Shown piece after piece: positions 60,189-64,000 of a DNA stretch of 64,000 bases. The DNA is from an uncultured Solirubrobacterales bacterium (lineage in GTDB: Bacteria > Actinomycetota > Thermoleophilia > Solirubrobacterales > 70-9): assembly GCA_963735255.1 (NCBI GenBank), contig CAVTKC010000003.1:12995-76994 (forward strand), given 5' to 3'. Within the stretch, counting starts at the first letter, position 1; each line of letters begins with the position of its first letter. Below the pieces are notes generated by a model, which was not told the origin of the DNA, searched no databases, and saw only the letters and a program-made list of their open reading frames with translations. The translations under genes and the position numbers were made by a program.

Positions 60189-61313
60189 TCAACCCCGCCC
60201 GAACCGCGCGCGGAACAGCTTCACCTTGGAGTCGATCCCCTTCAGCCGCCGCTCGCCGATGTACGTGTAGTCGAAGTCCTCCTCGGCGGCGCCTTTGACC
60301 GACTCGTCGACGACGACGCTGCCGGGCCGGGCGACGCCGGTGATGCGGCTGGCGAGGTTGACCGGGCGGCCGTAGTAGTCGCCCGACTGCGGCAGTACCG
60401 GGCCACAGGCGAGGCCGGCTCGCAGCCAGGGGAACTCGTCGCCTTCGGCCTCGGCGGCGTCGATCAGGTCCAGGCTCGCCGCCAGCATCGGCTCGGCTTC
60501 GGGCGAGACGAACATCACCGCGTCGCCGATCGTCTTCACCAGCCGCACCGGCGGCTCGGCGACGGCGCTGGCCATCTCCTCCAGCCGGCCGGCGACCATC
60601 CCCAGCTCCTCCGGTGGGATCTCCTCGCCCAGCCGCGTGAACTCGACCAGGTCGGCAAAGCAGACGCTGAGGGTGGCGGTGCCGCCGATCTCCCCCGAGG
60701 CGAGGTCGGCGGTGGCGATCACGTCACGGCGGATCTGCTCGAGCATGTTCGCCTGCAGCGCGTGGACGATGGTCGGCCCGACCAGGGGCATCATGAACTC
60801 GGCCGCCGCGGCGAAGCGCAATGCGAGGTCGCGCTCGCTGTCGCCCGGCTGAGCCACGGTGCGGATGACCAGCTCGCGGTTGGCCTCGGCGATGCGGGCG
60901 GTGCCCATCCCGATCGTGCGCGCCACCTGCAGCATCCCGTCCTCGGGCAGGCCGGCATCGCGGAAGGCCTTCATCCGGCGCGCCGCCTCGAGGTCCGCCT
61001 CGGTCCCGCGCGGTTCGTCGGGGTCGGTGTAGGGGACACCGAGGGCTGCACTGAAGCGTCGTAGCTGGTCGAGGTCGATGCCGACGATCTCGGCGATTTC
61101 CCGCGCCGTGTAGCGCCGCCCCTCCCCGGCCAGCGCCCGCTCGACCGGCAGCAGCGCCAGACGCCCCGCCTGCACCGCCGCCCGCAGCTCCTCCAGCGGC
61201 ACACCCTCCGCGGTCAGCTCCCGCAGCAGGGTCGCGCGGGCCGCACGGGCATCGGGGTCGAGGTCGTCGAGCAGCCCCTCCGCCGCGAAGTCGATCTCAG
61301 GGGTGGCGCCCAC
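60189..61313 (-). CDS. Class III adenylate/guanylate cyclase with an N-terminal regulatory domain
   Basis: LSVCFADLVEFTRLGEE...VKTIGDAVMFVS...GDYYGRPVNLASRI. GTG at 61313 was chosen to avoid overlap with GGT. The N-terminal domain is reminiscent of the Rv1264-type regulatory domain (from memory only). Confidence 0.85.
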   Translation of the reverse strand: MGATPEIDFAAEGLLDDLDPDARAARATLLRELTAEGVPLEELRAAVQAGRLALLPVERALAGEGRRYTAREIAEIVGIDLDQLRRFSAALGVPYTDPDEPRGTEADLEAARRMKAFRDAGLPEDGMLQVARTIGMGTARIAEANRELVIRTVAQPGDSERDLALRFAAAAEFMMPLVGPTIVHALQANMLEQIRRDVIATADLASGEIGGTATLSVCFADLVEFTRLGEEIPPEELGMVAGRLEEMASAVAEPPVRLVKTIGDAVMFVSPEAEPMLAASLDLIDAAEAEGDEFPWLRAGLACGPVLPQSGDYYGRPVNLASRITGVARPGSVVVDESVKGAAEEDFDYTYIGERRLKGIDSKVKLFRARFGRG

Positions 61314-61332
61314 GAGCGCATTCTTGCGCTCC

Positions 61333-62837
61333 TCAGGCGTAGGCGACGGCCCCGCCGCGGCGTGGGTCGCCACCACCGCTGAGCGCGCCGCTGGCCGGGT
61401 CACGCGCCACCGCCTGCACACCGCCGAAGAAGAGGTTGACTTGGGGCCGGCGGGCGACCGCGAAGCCGCGCGCCTCGAGCCGGGCCAGTGCCGCCTCGTC
61501 GATCCCCGGCTCCGCCTGGACGACGCCGTCCTCGAAGTGCAGGCGCGGCGCCTCGATCGCCGCGTCGACCGGCAGCCCCTGCTCGACCGCGCGCACGACC
61601 GTCTGCAGGATCGCCGAGCGGATCCGGTTGGAGCCGGCGCTGCCGACCCCGAGCACGATCTCGCCCTCGCGCAGGACCACCGTCGGCGCCATCATCGAGG
61701 GCACGCGGCGGCCGGGCTCGATGCTGTGGAAGCCGAGCGGGTTGAGGTCCTCCTCGCCGAGCATGTTGTTGAGGATCACCCCGGTCCCCGGCACGAGAAC
61801 GCCGGAGCCGGAGCCGTTGGAGCAGGTGACCGCCGCGCACATCCCGTCGGCGTCGAGAACCGAGATGTGCGTGGTCGAGCCGAGCAGGTCTCCGGCGGCG
61901 AGGTCGAGACCGGCCGGATCGAGGAAGCTCGCCTCCATCCCCTCCTCGTAAAGAGCTTCGGCGAACTCGATGCCGCGGCGGCGGTTGGCGGCATCCATCG
62001 CCGCGACCAGTTGCTCCGGCCCACTCTCGGGGCCGAGCCGCTCCAGCAGGCCAAGGCAGAAGGCGATCAGGATCCCGCCCGAGGAGGGCGGCGGGTTGGT
62101 CAGGACCTCGCAGCCGCGGAAGGGGGCGCGGATCGGCTTGCGCTCGAGCGGCTCGTAGGCGGCGAAGTCGCCGCGGCCGAGGCTCCCCCCGTTGGCGCTG
62201 ACGAACTCGCTCAGGGCGGCGGCGACCTCACCGTGCTGGAACGGCTCCGCCCCCTCGGCGCCGAACCTTTCCAGCGCCTCCGCCAGTTCCGGGAAGCGGA
62301 ACGTGTCCCCCTCCCGCAGCGGCCTACCGCCCGGCGCGTAGAGCCGCGCGTCCCGGCCAGCCGATCGTGGATCGGGGCCAGGATCTCGAGGATGTAGGCC
62401 TGCTCGGCGTTGACCGGGGCACCCTCGCGGGCGAGGCCCACCGCCGGCCCGATCAGGTCCGCGAGCGGCACCGAGCCGAAGCGCTCCAGGGCCCGCTCCA
62501 GACCCACCGCCGTCCCCGGCACCCCGCACGAGGCCGGGCCGACGTAGAACGTCTGCACGGTCTCGGCGTCGAACTGAACCGGCACCGGCGCCAGCTCGGT
62601 TCGCCGCTCGATCCCGTCGAGGCCCGGGGCGGCGACGAAGAAGTCGATCAGCGCCGTCTCCTCGCCGCGGTGGACGATCATGTAGCCGCCGGCGCCGAAG
62701 CCGGTCAGCGGGCTCTCGACGGCGAAGGAGGCGAGCACGGCTCCGACCGCGGCGTCGACCGCGTTGCCGCCCGCGCGCAGCACGCCGGCGCCGGCCTCGG
62801 CGGTGAGCGGATGGCCGGCGGCGACAACCCCGTTCAT
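61333..62837 (-). pseudogene. ggt: Gamma-glutamyltransferase family protein (no signal peptide), frameshifted
   Basis: N-terminus in one frame (MNGVVAAGHPLTAEAGAGVLRAGGNAVDAAVG...AYILEILAPIHDRLAG, then junk). C-terminus in another frame (DARLYAPGGRPLREGDTFRFPELAEALERFG...LLGSTTHISVLDADG [catalytic Thr]...SGGGDPRRGG). The junction is at the minus-strand GGG run (plus CCC 62352-62354). One extra G restores ..LAGDARLY.. Confidence 0.8.
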
Positions 62838-62851
62838 CGGGCGGGGCTCGT

Positions 62852-64000
62852 CTAGCCGGGGAGGAACTCTGGGACGTCGATGCCGAGCTCGCCGCCGCGC
62901 TGCTGGGGCTGCGGCGGACGGCCGCGGCCGGTGTCTTTGGTGCGGCGGATCGTCGGCTCGGCGGCGCGGCGCGGCGCCTGCTGGCGACCGTCGAAGCGGG
63001 TGGCAACGACGGTGACCCAGATCTGGTCGGAGAGCTCGTCGTCGACGTTGGCGCCGAAGATGATGTTGGCGTCCGGGTGGGCGGCCTCGCCGACCACCTT
63101 GGCGGCCTCGGAGACCTCGACCAGCGAGAGGTCGGAGCCGCCGGTTATCGAGAGCAGGATCGCGCGGGCGCCGTCCATCGAGGTCTCCAGCAGCGGCGAG
63201 GAGATCGCTTTCTCGGCGGCGAGGATGGCGCGCTCGTTGCCATGGGCCATGCCGATCCCGAGCAGCGCCCGGCCGGCGTCGGACATGATCGTCCGCACGT
63301 CGGCGAAGTCGAGGTTGATCACGGCGGGCAGCGTGACCAGGTCGGAGATGCCCTGCACGCCCTGGCGCAACACGTCGTCGGCGACCTGGAAGGCCTCGAC
63401 CATCGAGGTCTGCTGGTCGAGCACCTCGAGCAGGCGGTCGTTGGGGACGACGATCAAGGTGTCGACCTCGGCCGCCAGCTCCTCGATGCCCTTGTTGGCC
63501 TGGGTGCCGCGGCGGTTGCCCTCGAAGGTGAACGGCTTGGTGACGATGCCGACCGTGAGCGCGCCGACCTCGCGGGCGAGGCGGGCGACGACCGGCGCAG
63601 CGCCGCTGCCGGTACCGCCGCCGGCGCCGGCGGCGACGAAGACCATGTCGGAGCCCTTGAGCAGGCGCTTGATCTTGTCCTGCTCCTCGAAAGCCGAGCG
63701 GTGGCCGACCTCGGGGTCGGCACCGGCGCCCAACCCCCGCGTCTGCTCCTCACCGATGTGCACGGTGATGTCGGCGACACAGAGCTGCAGCGACTGAAGA
63801 TCCGTATTGACGGCCATGAACTCGACCCCGGGAATCCGCGCATCCACCATCCGGTTGACCGCGTTCACCCCGGCACCACCCACGCCCACCACTTTGATCA
63901 CAGGCTGGTGCGGCTCCCCGCTCCCCGGCGGCTCATAGGCAGGCTCCTCGCGCCCATAGCGCGGATTGGCCGTGGAAAAGTCCTCGCTGCGCCCCCTCGG
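62852..64000 (-). CDS. ftsZ: Cell division GTPase FtsZ (start undetermined; frame stays open to the right edge)
   Basis: IKVVGVGGAGVNAVNRM...GAGGGTGSGAAPVVA (tubulin signature)...NLDFADV. GTG at 63901 is possible, but the frame is open to 64000 (..FSTANPRYGREEPAYEPPGSGEPHQPVIKV). Confidence 0.93.
   Translation of the reverse strand, partial: PRGRSEDFSTANPRYGREEPAYEPPGSGEPHQPVIKVVGVGGAGVNAVNRMVDARIPGVEFMAVNTDLQSLQLCVADITVHIGEEQTRGLGAGADPEVGHRSAFEEQDKIKRLLKGSDMVFVAAGAGGGTGSGAAPVVARLAREVGALTVGIVTKPFTFEGNRRGTQANKGIEELAAEVDTLIVVPNDRLLEVLDQQTSMVEAFQVADDVLRQGVQGISDLVTLPAVINLDFADVRTIMSDAGRALLGIGMAHGNERAILAAEKAISSPLLETSMDGARAILLSITGGSDLSLVEVSEAAKVVGEAAHPDANIIFGANVDDELSDQIWVTVVATRFDGRQQAPRRAAEPTIRRTKDTGRGRPPQPQQRGGELGIDVPEFLPG

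Noticed and set aside
62852-63006. Overlap of the 557-aa track ORF (61333-63006) with the ftsZ 3' end, suggesting a GGT N-terminal extension
   Set aside because: The N-terminal ~200 residues of that ORF are Arg/Pro/Ala junk. The genuine GGT N-terminus (MNGVVAAGHPLTAEAG.., start 62837) is in another frame, so the observation is explained by the frameshift.

Overview
High-GC (roughly 70% by eye) chromosomal core region with classic Actinomycetota synteny. Most genes are on the minus strand.

Gene content, left to right:
- secA (5' end), hpf, a ComF-like gene.
- A sugar-nucleotide and envelope block: two ManC-type NDP-sugar pyrophosphorylases, a SIS PGI/PMI, Ugd, and an LCP ligase.
- An M20 peptidase.
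- The complete F1Fo ATP synthase operon atpI-B-E-F-H-A-G-D-C. Upstream of it lie rpmE, DUF1385, prfA, prmC, tsaC, glyA, DUF354 and wecA. A lysyl-oxidase-like secreted protein is inserted on the opposite strand.
- A membrane GGDEF cyclase, then TetR plus a hydrolase.
- A translationally coupled block: DegT aminotransferase, an epimerase-GT28 fusion, and a NodB deacetylase.
- ETF-QO with etfBA, a split acyl-CoA mutase, a HAD hydrolase, thiolase, PepA, a hotdog thioesterase, and HxlR.
- A low-GC XRE plus nucleotidyltransferase toxin-antitoxin-like cassette.
- ALDH and ACAD.
- An operon of an unannotated His/Met-rich peptide, DipZ, a response regulator and a histidine kinase.
- PRC-barrel protein with MeaB, an LbH acetyltransferase, and a ferritin-like protein.
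- An MT-GH57-GT4 cluster in the same order as the mycobacterial MGLP locus Rv3030-3032, plus a divergent MT.
- A class III adenylate cyclase, GGT, and ftsZ, which may run off the right edge.
- I saw no rRNA, tRNA, CRISPR array or transposase.

Most notable observations:
1. Seven copies of hairpin-embedded structured repeats, in two core families. Each copy has a conserved core closed by an 18-29 bp copy-specific stem, perfect or near-perfect in six of the seven copies. The copies differ by compensatory changes in internal hairpins. Six of the seven sit as convergent doublets in intergenic gaps. I cannot assign them to any named RNA or MITE family.
2. A 56-aa secreted HGHAMKH-repeat peptide, missing from the ORF track, that heads the DipZ two-component operon.
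3. Three otherwise conserved genes (ManC-like, GGDEF, GGT) are each split by a frameshift. Each can be repaired by a 1-nt change in a nearby G run. These may be sequencing indels or real pseudogenes.
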